Of a DNA stretch of 64,000 bases, positions 10,360 through 20,418 are shown piece after piece (the first letter of the stretch is position 1; every line of letters begins with the position of its first letter). This DNA is from an uncultured Hyphomonadaceae bacterium (GTDB lineage Bacteria; Pseudomonadota; Alphaproteobacteria; Caulobacterales; Hyphomonadaceae). Under the pieces are notes generated by a model that did no database searches, was not told where the DNA came from, and worked only from the letters and a program-made list of their open reading frames with translations. The translations under genes were made by a program, and so were the position numbers. The DNA is taken from contig CAZDMQ010000004.1 of NCBI GenBank assembly GCA_964506685.1, forward strand, positions 13,296 through 77,295, read 5' to 3'.

Positions 10360-11249
10360 GGCTGCGAGTCTCCTTGCTCGTCCGCGTCGGGCGCGGTCCC
10401 GATGTCGGCGTCCTCATCCGCAGCCCGTTCCGCGTCGCCGGTTTCGTCACCGCCGGCGGCGACAACGTCCCCGCCGTCGCCGGAGACGGGCTGGAGCCGC
10501 GACGAGGTTGCGCTGGCCGCTGCGCCGTCGACAGCCGTACTTTCAGCATCGCCGGTCCGCGGAATGGCCGACAAGGCAATCTGGGCGCGCTGGGCCAGTC
10601 CGGGCGGCGCATTGGGGGCAAAGCGGAGGAAGTTGAAGTCGCGGCGCGCCCGCTCGTAATCGCCGGTCGCGAAAGCCTTTGCCGCGACCAGTTCCTGGGC
10701 CAGCGCGGATATCGCCGTTTCCCTCGCAAGCAGCGGGCCCAGCAGGCCTTCCAGTTCGGCCAGGCTCACCGCGTCGCTTTGCAGGTAACCGGTCTTGAGC
10801 CGGGCCAGCTGGCCGAGCGGATCGTCATCATCGCCCGCCACGGCCTGCAGCGCGGCGATTGCGCCCGCGCGATCGCCCTTTCCGGTGAGGCGGGTCTCGG
10901 CGAGATAGTGGCCCGCAAGCGGCGCGAGATCGCCGCCGGACTCGACGATTGCCGAGAACTGGGCTGCTGCCGCATTGTAATCGGAGGCTTCGAGGCGTTC
11001 CAGCGCCGTTTCAAGCTGTCCCGCCAGGGCGGCCTGCGCCTTGCCGCGCTGCCAGCCCAGGTATTCGTTCACTGCAACTGCAAGAATGATCGCCCCGCCG
11101 GCCAGCCAGACGAGCCAGCCATATTTCTGCCAGGCCGCTTCCACCTTGTCCTTGCGGTGGGCCTCTTCGACTTCCTCGAAAATATCGGTCACGGATGGGC
11201 TCTCTGCAGCGAACTTGGGAGGTGTAGCCGGACGGGGCGTCTGCCGCAA
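10356..11249 (-). CDS. YfgM-like TPR membrane protein
   Basis: The DIFEEVEEAHRKDK motif, a single TM and a TPR-like C-terminal part, with synteny to bamB-der. A GTG at 11192 is an alternative start. Confidence 0.7.
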   Translation of the reverse strand: MRQTPRPATPPKFAAESPSVTDIFEEVEEAHRKDKVEAAWQKYGWLVWLAGGAIILAVAVNEYLGWQRGKAQAALAGQLETALERLEASDYNAAAAQFSAIVESGGDLAPLAGHYLAETRLTGKGDRAGAIAALQAVAGDDDDPLGQLARLKTGYLQSDAVSLAELEGLLGPLLARETAISALAQELVAAKAFATGDYERARRDFNFLRFAPNAPPGLAQRAQIALSAIPRTGDAESTAVDGAAASATSSRLQPVSGDGGDVVAAGGDETGDAERAADEDADIGTAPDADEQGDSQP

Positions 11250-11264
11250 CGCGGCAGGGCGGTG

Positions 11265-12110
11265 TTATTCCGCCGGTTTTCGCAGGGAATAGGTTTCCGC
11301 GCCAGCGGGAAAGGCACGCGTTCTGACATCTCTTGCGTAGTCAGCCACGCCGGCTTCGATGGTCTCGCGCAGGGTAGCATAAGTGCGCACGAATTTCGGT
11401 GTCCAGTCGAACAGGCCCAGCATGTCCTGGGTCACGAGGATCTGCCCGTCGCAGGCCGCCGAGGCGCCGATACCCACGGTGGGGCAGGACACCGCTGCAG
11501 TAATTTCGGCGGCGAGATCCTCGGCCACGCCCTCGACAACGATGGCGAAGGCGCCGGCCCTGTCGGCTGCTATCGCCTCATCCAGTGCGAGCGTCCGTTC
11601 CGCCGCACTGCGGCCCTTGGCGCGAAAGCCGCCGTCGACGTTGACCGCCTGCGGTCGCAGTCCGACATGGCCCATGACCGGGATGCCGCGCTCGACGAGG
11701 TGGGCGATCTGGCCGGCCGCATAGGTGCCGCTTTCGATCTTCACGGCCTGGCAGCCGGTTTCCTTCATCAGCCGTGCGGCATTGAGGAAGGCCTGGTCGG
11801 CATTGGTCTCATAGCTGCCGAAGGGCATGTCGACGACGACAAAGGCCTGCCGGCTCGCCCGCATCACTGCCTGTCCGTGCAGGATCATCATCTCCAGGGT
11901 CACCCCGACCGTGGAGGGCAGGCCGTGCACGACCATGCCGACACTGTCGCCGACCAGGAGGAGGTCGCAATGGGGATCGAGCAGTGCCGCCATGGGGGCG
12001 TCATAGGCGGTCAGGCAGACCAGCGGCTCGCCGCCCTTGGCAGCGGCGATGTCCCTGACGGTCTTGCGGCGAAGCTGGGCGGCGGACGGGGGCTGGGGCT
12101 GGGCTGACAT
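11265..12110 (-). CDS. panB: 3-methyl-2-oxobutanoate hydroxymethyltransferase
   Basis: 281 aa from the ATG at 12110 (MSAQPQ...). Contains LTAYD, LLVGDSVGMV and VKIE motifs. The ORF track's N-terminal extension is not PanB-like. Confidence 0.9.
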   Translation of the reverse strand: MSAQPQPPSAAQLRRKTVRDIAAAKGGEPLVCLTAYDAPMAALLDPHCDLLLVGDSVGMVVHGLPSTVGVTLEMMILHGQAVMRASRQAFVVVDMPFGSYETNADQAFLNAARLMKETGCQAVKIESGTYAAGQIAHLVERGIPVMGHVGLRPQAVNVDGGFRAKGRSAAERTLALDEAIAADRAGAFAIVVEGVAEDLAAEITAAVSCPTVGIGASAACDGQILVTQDMLGLFDWTPKFVRTYATLRETIEAGVADYARDVRTRAFPAGAETYSLRKPAE

Positions 12111-12140
12111 GGCTTCCGCAACTAGCGCGGCCCCTGCGCT

Positions 12141-12803
12141 TTGGGAAGTGCCCGCCGCCAGCGGAAATGCTATGGACGTGCGATGGCAGGTGAACCGAAA
12201 CGTGATCGCATGAGCCTCGGCGCGTTTCTCGATTTCTTTGAGACACGGCACGGGGAGAAATGGGAACTCATCGACGGCATCCCCGTCATGATGACCAATC
12301 CCCGCCGGCGTCACGGCACGATATCGGGCAATGTCTTCGCGCGATTGCTCCCGCTGGCGAGGGGACGGGGCTGCGAGATCTTCGCCGGCGACATGAAGGT
12401 CCGGCGGCCCGGCGACGACCTTTTCGCCGCGATTCCCGATATCACGATCTGCTGTGGCCCGCGCGGTGACGATGGTGATATCATCATTGACGATCAGACA
12501 ATTATCATCGAGCTCACATCGCCTTCGAGCAAGAAGATCGATGTCGCCCACAAGCTGCAGGCCTATACCGAGGTCCCTGCGCTCGAGGCCTATATCATCA
12601 TCCACCCGGACGAGCGCCGGGTTGAGGTGTGGCGACGCCGGCGACCGGGCGGGGACGCGGTCCATCCGTTCCGGGAATGGGTCGATGCGGTCTTCAGCCG
12701 CCCCGAGGCGGCCGTGCCGTTTCCGGAGCTCGGCGCGGAGATGACGGTCGCCGACACCTATGCCGACACCGACCTCGCCGATCAGGCGATGGGCCAGAGA
12801 TAG
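12141..12803 (+). CDS. Uma2-family (DUF820) endonuclease
   Basis: Pattern WELIDG...P...H, then PD-(D/E)xK-like IPDITI and IIIELTSPSS. Local GC is slightly lower. An ATG at 12183 is an alternative start. Confidence 0.75.
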   Translation: MGSARRQRKCYGRAMAGEPKRDRMSLGAFLDFFETRHGEKWELIDGIPVMMTNPRRRHGTISGNVFARLLPLARGRGCEIFAGDMKVRRPGDDLFAAIPDITICCGPRGDDGDIIIDDQTIIIELTSPSSKKIDVAHKLQAYTEVPALEAYIIIHPDERRVEVWRRRRPGGDAVHPFREWVDAVFSRPEAAVPFPELGAEMTVADTYADTDLADQAMGQR

Positions 12804-13366
12804 CGGCCGAACAGCACCCCGTGCAGGTGCAGGATCAGCGCGGCCGATACGCCGAGACCCAAGGCGACGGCCATCGCGTCGCCCAGAGGATTGGGTGTGA
12901 CATCCGGGCCAGGTCCGTTATCGCCGCGCCGCTTGGCCGCGATCCGCGCGACCACGGCATAGGCGAGGAACGCGCCGAACAGGATCACCGCGCGCACCTC
13001 GCCATTGGCGAGGAGGTGCCCGACCGCCCAGAGTTTCACTGCAACCAGCATGGGGTGTTTAAGCGCCTTCTTGATGTGTCCGGTCGGCACATAGGCTGCG
13101 AAAAGGACGATCAGGGCGAGCGGCATCAGCAGGTAGTTGAGATGCCGGCCCCAGCTCGGCGCCTGATACAGCATCGGCATTGGATCGGCCTTGCCATATC
13201 CGTAGACCATGAGTGCAAATCCGCCGAGCGCGAGGATCGAGTAGAGACCCATATAGGGCCCCATGCCGATCTGCTGCCGGAGATCCCGGCCCGGCGCCCG
13301 CGAGCGCAGGCTGGTGAAGACATGGGTGGCAAGAAAGATGCCGAGCCCCGCAAGATAGATGGTCAT
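12782..13366 (-). CDS. NnrU-family membrane protein
   Basis: 194 aa with about 5 TM helices. The N-terminus (GLGIFLATHVF..., GPYMGLYS) resembles NnrU proteins. Confidence 0.7.
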   Translation of the reverse strand: MTIYLAGLGIFLATHVFTSLRSRAPGRDLRQQIGMGPYMGLYSILALGGFALMVYGYGKADPMPMLYQAPSWGRHLNYLLMPLALIVLFAAYVPTGHIKKALKHPMLVAVKLWAVGHLLANGEVRAVILFGAFLAYAVVARIAAKRRGDNGPGPDVTPNPLGDAMAVALGLGVSAALILHLHGVLFGRYLWPIA

Positions 13367-13482
13367 GTCACGCGCTCCCCGCGCCGCTTTATTCCGCCAT
13401 AGGGACGCGAACCGGGCCTTGGGTCAAGCGCGATAGTTTCCCATTGGTTAAGCGCTGGCACGGGACTTGCTGAGCGGGGCGG

Positions 13483-13686
13483 ATGGCCCCCCGCACAAGG
13501 AAATTCCGCCGGCTCGTGTCGGCCATCATCGCAAGTGCAGTGGCCTGGCTGATGGGCGAGGCGCATGTCTTCAAGGCCCCGCCCGGTTTCGACGCTGAAA
13601 CGCTGAAGCTCCGGTTCGAACAGGCCGCCGGGGCGCAAAAGGCCCCCCAGCGGCAAACGCAGAAAATCTATTCTTCAGAAGACTGA
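13483..13686 (+). CDS. small hypothetical protein with a signal-peptide-like N-terminus (67 aa)
   Basis: Only plausible ORF in a 470-bp gap. Basic N-terminus followed by a hydrophobic stretch (RKFRRLVSAIIASAVAWLMGEA). The stop lies inside the CTTCAG/CTGAAG hairpins. Confidence 0.3.
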   Translation: MAPRTRKFRRLVSAIIASAVAWLMGEAHVFKAPPGFDAETLKLRFEQAAGAQKAPQRQTQKIYSSED

Positions 13687-13834
13687 AGGTGTTCTCTTCA
13701 GCTCACCACTTGTCATTTCTGCCAGGATCGTCGCCGCGCGCCGGTCCGACGATGCGCGCGTAGACGGACTTCACGCTCCTGGCCCTGACGAGAAATCCAG
13801 GCGTCCAAGTGGTGCAATCTGGTCGGAATACGCC

Positions 13835-16039
13835 TTAGCCTTCCGTCTCGGGCGCCTTGAAGCCGCGGATTTCGAGCAGCGGGTCGATCGAGGGATCGGC
13901 GCCGCGGAAGTTGCGGTAAAGCTCGTCGGCCGGGCGTAGGCCCCCGGACTCGTAGACCCACTTCTTCAGCCGGGCCGCGGTTTCCGGATCGAACACGTCG
14001 CCGGTTTCCTTGAAGGCGTAGAAGCCGTCGGCATCGAGGATCTCCGACCAGAGGTAGGAGTAGTAGCCCGCTGAATAGCCGCCTGCGAAGATGTGCGAGA
14101 AGTACTGGGTGCGATAGCGCGGTTCGATCTCCGGGATCAGGCCATAGCCTTCCAGCACCTGTTTCTCGAACGCCCGGGCATCGGTGATGGCGTTGGCCTC
14201 CTCGCTGGTCAGGTTGTGCCAGGCCAGGTCGAGCAGGGACGCGGCAATGAACTCGGTTGTCCGGAAGCCCTGATTGAAGGTCGAGGCCTCACGCATGCGG
14301 TCGACGAGCTCCAGGGGAATCACTTCGCCGGTCTCGTAATGCACGGCGAAAAGATTCAGCAGGTCCGGTTCGCTCGCCCAGTGTTCGAGGATCTGCGCCG
14401 GGAACTCCGTATAGTCGCGGGGGCCGTCAACGCCCGAGAAGCGCTCATGGCGGACCTGGGTGAGCAGCCCGTGCAGGCCGTGGCCGAACTCGTGGAACAG
14501 CGTCTCCACCTCGTCGAACCGCATCAGCGTCGGTTCGCCGGCTGGCGGCCGGATCAGGTTGAGATTGTTGGTCACGACCGGACGCACGGTCTCGCCGTCG
14601 ACGGCGGAGGCGTCGCGATAGGTGCTCATCCAGGCCCCGCCGCGCTTGGACTCCCGACCGTACATATCAGTCATGAAGACGCCGAGCAGGTCTCCGGTCT
14701 CGTCATCGGTGACCCTGTAGGCGCTCACCACTTCGTTCCAGACCGGCACGTCCACCGGTTCGAATGAGACCTGGAAGAGCCGTTTGGCCAGTTCGAACGC
14801 GCCGCCGCGCACCGCCTCGAGCTCGAAATAGGGCTTCAGCAGGTTGTCATCGAAGGCATAGCGGTCCTGGCGGACCTTTTCCGCATAGTGCCACCAGTCG
14901 TGGGCGGCAAAGGTGAACTCATCGCCGATCATGGCCTGCATGTCGGCGCGCTCCTCCTTCGCCCGCTCGAGGCCGGGACGCCAGACCTTGAGGAGGAAGG
15001 CCTCGGCCTCTTCCGGCGTCTTCGCCATGCGGGTCTCGAGCACGTAGGCGGCATGCGAGCGGTAGCCCATGAGCTCGGCCCGCCGCGCGCGAAGCTGGGC
15101 GATCCGGATTGCCAGCGGGCCATTGTCGAACTCGCCCCCGGAGGCGCGCAGCCGGTAGCCATTGAACAGTTTCTCACGCAGCGCCCGGTTTTCGGACTGC
15201 GTCATGAAGGTCTCGTAGGGGGTGCGGTTGAGCCCGACCACCCACCTGTCCTCGCCCTCGACCCTGATCGCCGAGCGGAAGCTCTCGGACAGCCCTGCAA
15301 GCTCGGCCGGGTCCGTGATCTCCAGGGTGAAGGCGTTGGTTGCCCGCAGCAGGTTCTGGCCGAACTCAGTGGTGAGTTGCGAAAGCTCGGCATTGATCTC
15401 CGCCACCTCGGCCTTGACCGTTTCCGGCAGCGCGGCACCGGCGCGGACGAAATCGCGATGGGTCAGTTCGAGAAGCCGCGCGTCCTGCTCATCCAGCTCC
15501 AGGGTATCGCGGGCCTGGTAGAGGTCGTCGACGCGGGCGAACAGGGCCGGATTGAAATTGATCGCATCCCGTTCCCGGGTCAGCATCGGCGAGATTTCCG
15601 ACTGCAGGGCGCGGATTGCATCATTGCTTTCGGTCGCGGCGATATTGAAGAAGGTGCTGGAAACCCGGTCAAGCAATCGGCCGGCGCGGTCGAGCGCGAC
15701 GATCGTGTTCTCGAAGTTCGGCGGTTCGGGGTTGGTGGCGATCGCATTGATGTCCGCGCGCAGCTCGATAATGCCCTGTTCGATGGCGGGCTTGAAGTGC
15801 TCTGTTTCGATCTCGTCGAAGGGCGGAATGCCGAACGGGGTGTCCCATTCACCGACTAGCGGATTGGCCTGCAGTGCGGCCTCGTCGATCTCTATGGCGG
15901 GCAGGTTGGTCGTGGCTGTCCCGGCCTCGCCCATTTCGGTGTCTCGCGCGTCAGCTGCGGTCTCGGTCGGGGTCGAACCGCCACACGCCGCAAGGGCGAG
16001 CGCGCAAGCGGCTACGCCGCCACGGATCCAGGGTTTCAT
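13835..16039 (-). CDS. dcp: M3-family peptidyl-dipeptidase (Dcp-like), lipoprotein
   Basis: HEFGH zinc motif within TLFHEFGHGLHGLL. Lipobox LAACG. 734 aa. Confidence 0.9.
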   Translation of the reverse strand: MKPWIRGGVAACALALAACGGSTPTETAADARDTEMGEAGTATTNLPAIEIDEAALQANPLVGEWDTPFGIPPFDEIETEHFKPAIEQGIIELRADINAIATNPEPPNFENTIVALDRAGRLLDRVSSTFFNIAATESNDAIRALQSEISPMLTRERDAINFNPALFARVDDLYQARDTLELDEQDARLLELTHRDFVRAGAALPETVKAEVAEINAELSQLTTEFGQNLLRATNAFTLEITDPAELAGLSESFRSAIRVEGEDRWVVGLNRTPYETFMTQSENRALREKLFNGYRLRASGGEFDNGPLAIRIAQLRARRAELMGYRSHAAYVLETRMAKTPEEAEAFLLKVWRPGLERAKEERADMQAMIGDEFTFAAHDWWHYAEKVRQDRYAFDDNLLKPYFELEAVRGGAFELAKRLFQVSFEPVDVPVWNEVVSAYRVTDDETGDLLGVFMTDMYGRESKRGGAWMSTYRDASAVDGETVRPVVTNNLNLIRPPAGEPTLMRFDEVETLFHEFGHGLHGLLTQVRHERFSGVDGPRDYTEFPAQILEHWASEPDLLNLFAVHYETGEVIPLELVDRMREASTFNQGFRTTEFIAASLLDLAWHNLTSEEANAITDARAFEKQVLEGYGLIPEIEPRYRTQYFSHIFAGGYSAGYYSYLWSEILDADGFYAFKETGDVFDPETAARLKKWVYESGGLRPADELYRNFRGADPSIDPLLEIRGFKAPETEG

Positions 16040-16239
16040 GCGATCTCCTGTTCATCAAGGGTTTCCCCCTGATTAGAGAGATGACAGCGGCATGACTACC
16101 CCTCATGGCGGCGTTGCCGGCCTTCGCGGCGTGTTGCCGCCCGGATGCGCTCATGGTGGTGCGGACAATAGCGGCCGGCGCCTCCACCGGGCGGGGGGCA
16201 AATTCCGGATGGAGCGCGCCGGGTGCGGTACCGGCCCGG

Positions 16240-18621
16240 TTACCAGCGGCCCCTGACACCGAACCAGATCGCCCCGGCCATTTCGGCATCTGCGACATGG
16301 TTGGGATCGTTGATCACGCTGGCGATCGCTTCCCCGCTCCAATCCTCGTTCAGTGCGAAACTGTAGCGGGTCTCGAAATCGAGTTGCCGCCCGCTCGGTG
16401 TCAGGCCCGCCTCGATCACATCGACGACCAGCCCGTCCGCATCGGCACCGACCGCACCGGTCAGTTCGAACGTTCCGGTCTCGGCCCGCTGCGGCTGGGC
16501 CAGCACGAAAGCGAGGTCCCCGCCGGCCACCGGCCGCGAGGCGCTGACCGACCATCGACTGGTCCAGATGTCACTGGTCTCCAGTCCCGGCAGGGCAATG
16601 CTCGCCGCTTCGAGACCGCCCCGGACGGTCCAGGTCTCGTTGACCGCAAACGCGCCCGCCAGCGCGTAGGCGGCCGAGTTCGAGCGGTCGGTTTCGCGGC
16701 TGAGCCGGCTTTGCAGCTGTCCGCCAAGGGCGCTGGCCTCGTCGCTGGCCAGGGCCAGTCCGAAGCGGAGTTTCCAGCCCTCGCCATGGCGCGCGATGCC
16801 GGCACCGCTGGTGGCGCGCGGGCCATGGCTGGCGCTGTGCAGGTCAAGGCTCGTGCGGCCGATATCATGGGTGAGTCTTGCCCAGTCGCCGCCCGAGGCG
16901 AACTGGCTTGTCCGGCCCGGATCGTGGCTCAGGCTCGTGCCCGGAGCGAGCTCGGCCGGCGCACCGCCGCGGCCAAAGGCGATTTCCCCGCCGGCGAACT
17001 CGTACAGTCCGGAGAAGCTGCTCTCGGGCTCGGCCTGGAAGGGCAGGCTGCGATCCTCGTGGAAGGCCGGCGTGTGCCATTGGAAGCTGAGCCCGCCGAC
17101 GCCGACGGCCTTGCTGGTGCCGGCAGACCAGTCGGCCCGGACCTGCCAGTCGGCAAAGCCGGGCGCGGCGGTACCGGCCAGCGCTGCGCCATCAAACGCG
17201 AAGGCGCGCTGGTAGCTGTCGACCAGGACGAGAGACGACAGCCCGCCGGGCCGGGTCGCGAAATCGCCGAAGGCACCTGTCGGCGCCGCCCCGAAGATGT
17301 CCACCGGCGAGCGGGTCAGCCCGCCAACGCGCATGCTCGTGGCCCCCTGCGGCGAGAAGGCCGCTGCAAGGTCGAGCTTGCCGACACCGCTGACGGCATC
17401 GGTACCGGCAGTTGCGGCCACCCCCGCGATCGGGTCGGTCGCGGGGTCGACATAGTCCTCGGCGGTGTCGAGCAGGATCCGGGCGGCTTCGGCCGGGGTG
17501 AGATTCGGGAAGGCCTGAAGCAACAGCGCCAGCCCGCCCGAGACATAGGGGGCGGCGAAGGAGGTCCCGGCCAACCGGTAATAGTCGCCGATGGCATCTG
17601 GATCATTGCAGTCGGTTGTCACCGATCCCGAGCAGGTCGGCGCATCGGCGAACACGATGTCATCATCGGGGCCAGTCGCGACCACGCCCTCGCCCGGTGC
17701 GAGGAGGTAGAAGTCCTGTGCGCTGGCGCCGGCCCGGTTTGTGAAGTCCGAGATCTCGCCCTGGCTCGCGCCGGCCTCGGCATTGAACGAGCCGACGGCG
17801 AGGACGAGGCCATTGGCACGCGGGTCGCCGGCAATGTTGGCCGGTTCAGTGGGCTGGCTGGCCTGCGGGTTCGGATCGCCGGCTTCGGTCAGCGCCTCAT
17901 TGCCGGCCGAGACCACGACCAGCACACCGGCATCGGTCGCCCGGAAGATTGCATCCTCGAGGCTCGGGTCGGAATCGATCTCCCCGCCGAGCGACAGGTT
18001 GATGATCTGGGCGCCATTGCCGACGGCATAGTCGATGGCGGTGACGAGATCGTTATCGGAGAAACGGCAGTCCCCGGTGCCCGCGCTCGACACGCAGCTT
18101 CCGGGCCGGTCGGCGCGGATGTCGAGGATCTTCGAGTTGAAGGCGACACCGTGCATCCCCTTGGCATCGCGAAGGGCCGCGATCTGGCCCGCGACCAGCG
18201 TGCCGTGCCCTTCGGAATCGATGTCATCGGCCGTTCGCTCCCCCGCACGGACATCGAACACACCCGCCGACTGGCCCTGGAGTTCGGGATGGTTGAAATC
18301 GGTTCCGGTATCGATCACCGCAACGGTCACCCCGGTGCCGGTGGCGCCTGCCGCATAGGCCGCCGAAGCCCCGATCTGGCCCAGACCCTCGGCGAAATCA
18401 TACTCCTCGGTCTCGAAGCTCGACGCGCCCGGCGGCGGGGGTGGCGGTGGCGGAGGTGGCGGGGGGGCAGGCGGCGGCGATGGCGGCAGGGGCTGGACCA
18501 CGCCGCCTCCGCCCCCGCCACCGCTGGCACAGCCTGCCAGCATCAGCGGTGCAGCCAGGCTCGCAGCCAGGACAAGTTTTAGCGCTGAAGCGCTTCGCAG
18601 GCTCCGCTTCCAGATGACCAT
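16240..18621 (-). CDS. lipidated S8 subtilisin-like autotransporter (SphB1/NalP-like)
   Basis: Catalytic triad contexts VIDTGTD, GHGTLVAG and GTSFAAPYVSG. The C-terminal beta-barrel domain ends in ...FGVRGRW. Start set at the ATG at 18621, giving signal peptide plus lipobox LAGCAS, then G7 and a P-rich tract. Confidence 0.9.
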   Translation of the reverse strand: MVIWKRSLRSASALKLVLAASLAAPLMLAGCASGGGGGGGVVQPLPPSPPPAPPPPPPPPPPPPGASSFETEEYDFAEGLGQIGASAAYAAGATGTGVTVAVIDTGTDFNHPELQGQSAGVFDVRAGERTADDIDSEGHGTLVAGQIAALRDAKGMHGVAFNSKILDIRADRPGSCVSSAGTGDCRFSDNDLVTAIDYAVGNGAQIINLSLGGEIDSDPSLEDAIFRATDAGVLVVVSAGNEALTEAGDPNPQASQPTEPANIAGDPRANGLVLAVGSFNAEAGASQGEISDFTNRAGASAQDFYLLAPGEGVVATGPDDDIVFADAPTCSGSVTTDCNDPDAIGDYYRLAGTSFAAPYVSGGLALLLQAFPNLTPAEAARILLDTAEDYVDPATDPIAGVAATAGTDAVSGVGKLDLAAAFSPQGATSMRVGGLTRSPVDIFGAAPTGAFGDFATRPGGLSSLVLVDSYQRAFAFDGAALAGTAAPGFADWQVRADWSAGTSKAVGVGGLSFQWHTPAFHEDRSLPFQAEPESSFSGLYEFAGGEIAFGRGGAPAELAPGTSLSHDPGRTSQFASGGDWARLTHDIGRTSLDLHSASHGPRATSGAGIARHGEGWKLRFGLALASDEASALGGQLQSRLSRETDRSNSAAYALAGAFAVNETWTVRGGLEAASIALPGLETSDIWTSRWSVSASRPVAGGDLAFVLAQPQRAETGTFELTGAVGADADGLVVDVIEAGLTPSGRQLDFETRYSFALNEDWSGEAIASVINDPNHVADAEMAGAIWFGVRGRW

Positions 18622-18836
18622 CCTCACACTCTCCTCAAGGGACCGGCCACACCACCGCTGCGGACCGCGCCATGCAAACCCTGTCACATGCCTTGCAACT
18701 GCGACGGCAAGCTCTTTCAATATTCGCCGTCTGGCAAGCGCGGGTCTGAAGTCGGCGTCACCGTCCGGTCTGGTGACAGGCTGACCAGATGCGCTAGGCT
18801 CCTGGCAAGCTACAATTGTGTAAAGGCACGGTTCCC

Positions 18837-19874
18837 ATGCAAGATGTCATGCAGCAGGTGGTGCTCCGGCGCCATTGCGACGGCCCGCCCCGCAATACCG
18901 ATTTCGAGCTTGTGGCGGTGCCGCTGCCCGAGCCGCGCGAGGGCCAGTTCCGCGTCCGCCACATCTGGGCCTCGGTCGATCCTGGCACGCGCTCTCGGCT
19001 GTCGGGCGGGGACAGCTATGCCGCGGCGCTGCCACTCGGCAAGCCGGTGGACGGGTTCAATGTCGGGGTTATCGAGGCGAGTAACCAGCCGGACTGGCCG
19101 GTCGGGACGAAGGTCTTCTGCGCCGGCGGCTGGCGGAGCCATTCGCTGCAGACCGGCAAGGGCTTCATCGGCAGGGTGCCGGACGGGCCGGGCATGGCGG
19201 AGATCCCGCTGTCTCTGTGGATCGGCGTGCTGGGTGTGCCGGGGCTGACGGCCTGGTTCGGCACGAAGACGGTGGGCAGATTCCGCGAGGGCGATGCGGT
19301 TCTGGTGACCAGCGCAGCAGGACCGGTCGGGGCGACGGCGGGCCAGCTTGCGAAGGCGTGGGGCGCCTCGAAAGTGGTCGGCGTGGCAGGCTCGGACGCC
19401 AAATGCGCCTGGCTCAGGGACGAGGCCGGGTTCGACGCGGTGATCAACTACAAGACCGCGGGCGACCTCGACGCCGCCATCCGGCAGGCCCTGCCCGAAG
19501 GCGTCGACCTCCTCTTCGACAATGTCGGCAACGCCATGGTCAACCGCGTGTTGCCCATGATGAAGCTGAATGGTCGCATCTGCATTTCCGGCCAGGTGGC
19601 CGACTACAATCTCACGCCCGAGGAGACCCCCGGCATCGTCAACACCAAGCCCTTTATCACCCACCGCGTGAACATGCAGGGGCTGGTCGTGTTCGACTTC
19701 GCGAGGGAGTTTCCGCAGGCGCTGGACGAAATGGCGCGCATGATCGCGGCTGGGCAGCTGAAATATGCCGAGGAACGGTTTGAAGGCATCGAGGCTATGC
19801 CGGACGCCTTTTGCGGGCTCTTTCGTGGCGAGAATTTCGGGCGGCGGGTGGTCAGGGTGGGGAACGAGGCATGA
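18837..19874 (+). CDS. NADP-dependent medium-chain oxidoreductase (YncB/CurA-like)
   Basis: Nucleotide-binding segment VLVTSAAGPVGATAGQLAK. C-terminus ...FRGENFGRRVV is typical of this subfamily. ATG at 18837. Confidence 0.85.
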   Translation: MQDVMQQVVLRRHCDGPPRNTDFELVAVPLPEPREGQFRVRHIWASVDPGTRSRLSGGDSYAAALPLGKPVDGFNVGVIEASNQPDWPVGTKVFCAGGWRSHSLQTGKGFIGRVPDGPGMAEIPLSLWIGVLGVPGLTAWFGTKTVGRFREGDAVLVTSAAGPVGATAGQLAKAWGASKVVGVAGSDAKCAWLRDEAGFDAVINYKTAGDLDAAIRQALPEGVDLLFDNVGNAMVNRVLPMMKLNGRICISGQVADYNLTPEETPGIVNTKPFITHRVNMQGLVVFDFAREFPQALDEMARMIAAGQLKYAEERFEGIEAMPDAFCGLFRGENFGRRVVRVGNEA

Positions 19875-20368
19875 CCTTCGACATCCGGTCTGAAGTCCCG
19901 AGCGATCACGCGGCCATATTCAGACTGACCAAAGCTGCGTTCGAGCCGATGCCGTTTAGCGACGGGGATGAAGCTGAATGCATCGACAAGCTTCGCGCCG
20001 ATGGCGATCTCACCCTGTCCTTTGTCGCGACCGACGGCGGCGAGATCATCGGGCACATCGCTTTCTCCCCTGTGTTCCTCAACAACAGCTTTGACCATTG
20101 GTATGGCTTGGGGCCGGTCTCGGTTGCCCCAGAACGGCAGCGCAGCGGGATTGGCAGTGCGCTGATCAATCACGGGCTGTCAGGACTCAAACGGCTCGAT
20201 GCCATGGGCTGTGTGCTCATCGGCGATCCGAACTACTATCGGCGCTTCGGTTTTGTGGGCGATGGTCGGCTGACATATCGCGAGCTCGCACCGGAGATCG
20301 TCCAGTGGCTGGCGTTCGGAGAGGAGAAACCCGAAGGAACGCTTCGATACAGCCCCGGGCTTGAATAG
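19871..20368 (+). CDS. GNAT family N-acetyltransferase
   Basis: Acetyl-CoA binding segment QRSGIGSALI. 165 aa. ATGA overlap with the upstream gene. Confidence 0.8.
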   Translation: MTFDIRSEVPSDHAAIFRLTKAAFEPMPFSDGDEAECIDKLRADGDLTLSFVATDGGEIIGHIAFSPVFLNNSFDHWYGLGPVSVAPERQRSGIGSALINHGLSGLKRLDAMGCVLIGDPNYYRRFGFVGDGRLTYRELAPEIVQWLAFGEEKPEGTLRYSPGLE

Positions 20369-20418
20369 AAGCGCCTTGCTAACATGCCCTTGACTGCTCG
20401 CCCCTGGAAGGACCCGCC

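Noticed and set aside
13653-13688. GCAAACGCAGAAAAT..., which superficially resembles the start of an alphaproteobacterial tmRNA tag reading frame (GCAAACGAC...).
   Set aside because: The frame does not encode an ...A(L/V)AA tag. No tRNA-like acceptor/T-arm is nearby.
18461-18467. G7 (C7 on the coding strand) homopolymer inside the autotransporter's Pro tract, as a possible NalP-like phase-variation switch.
   Set aside because: Seven residues is short for efficient slippage, and the tract is simply the consequence of CCC Pro codons. There is no evidence of frame variants.
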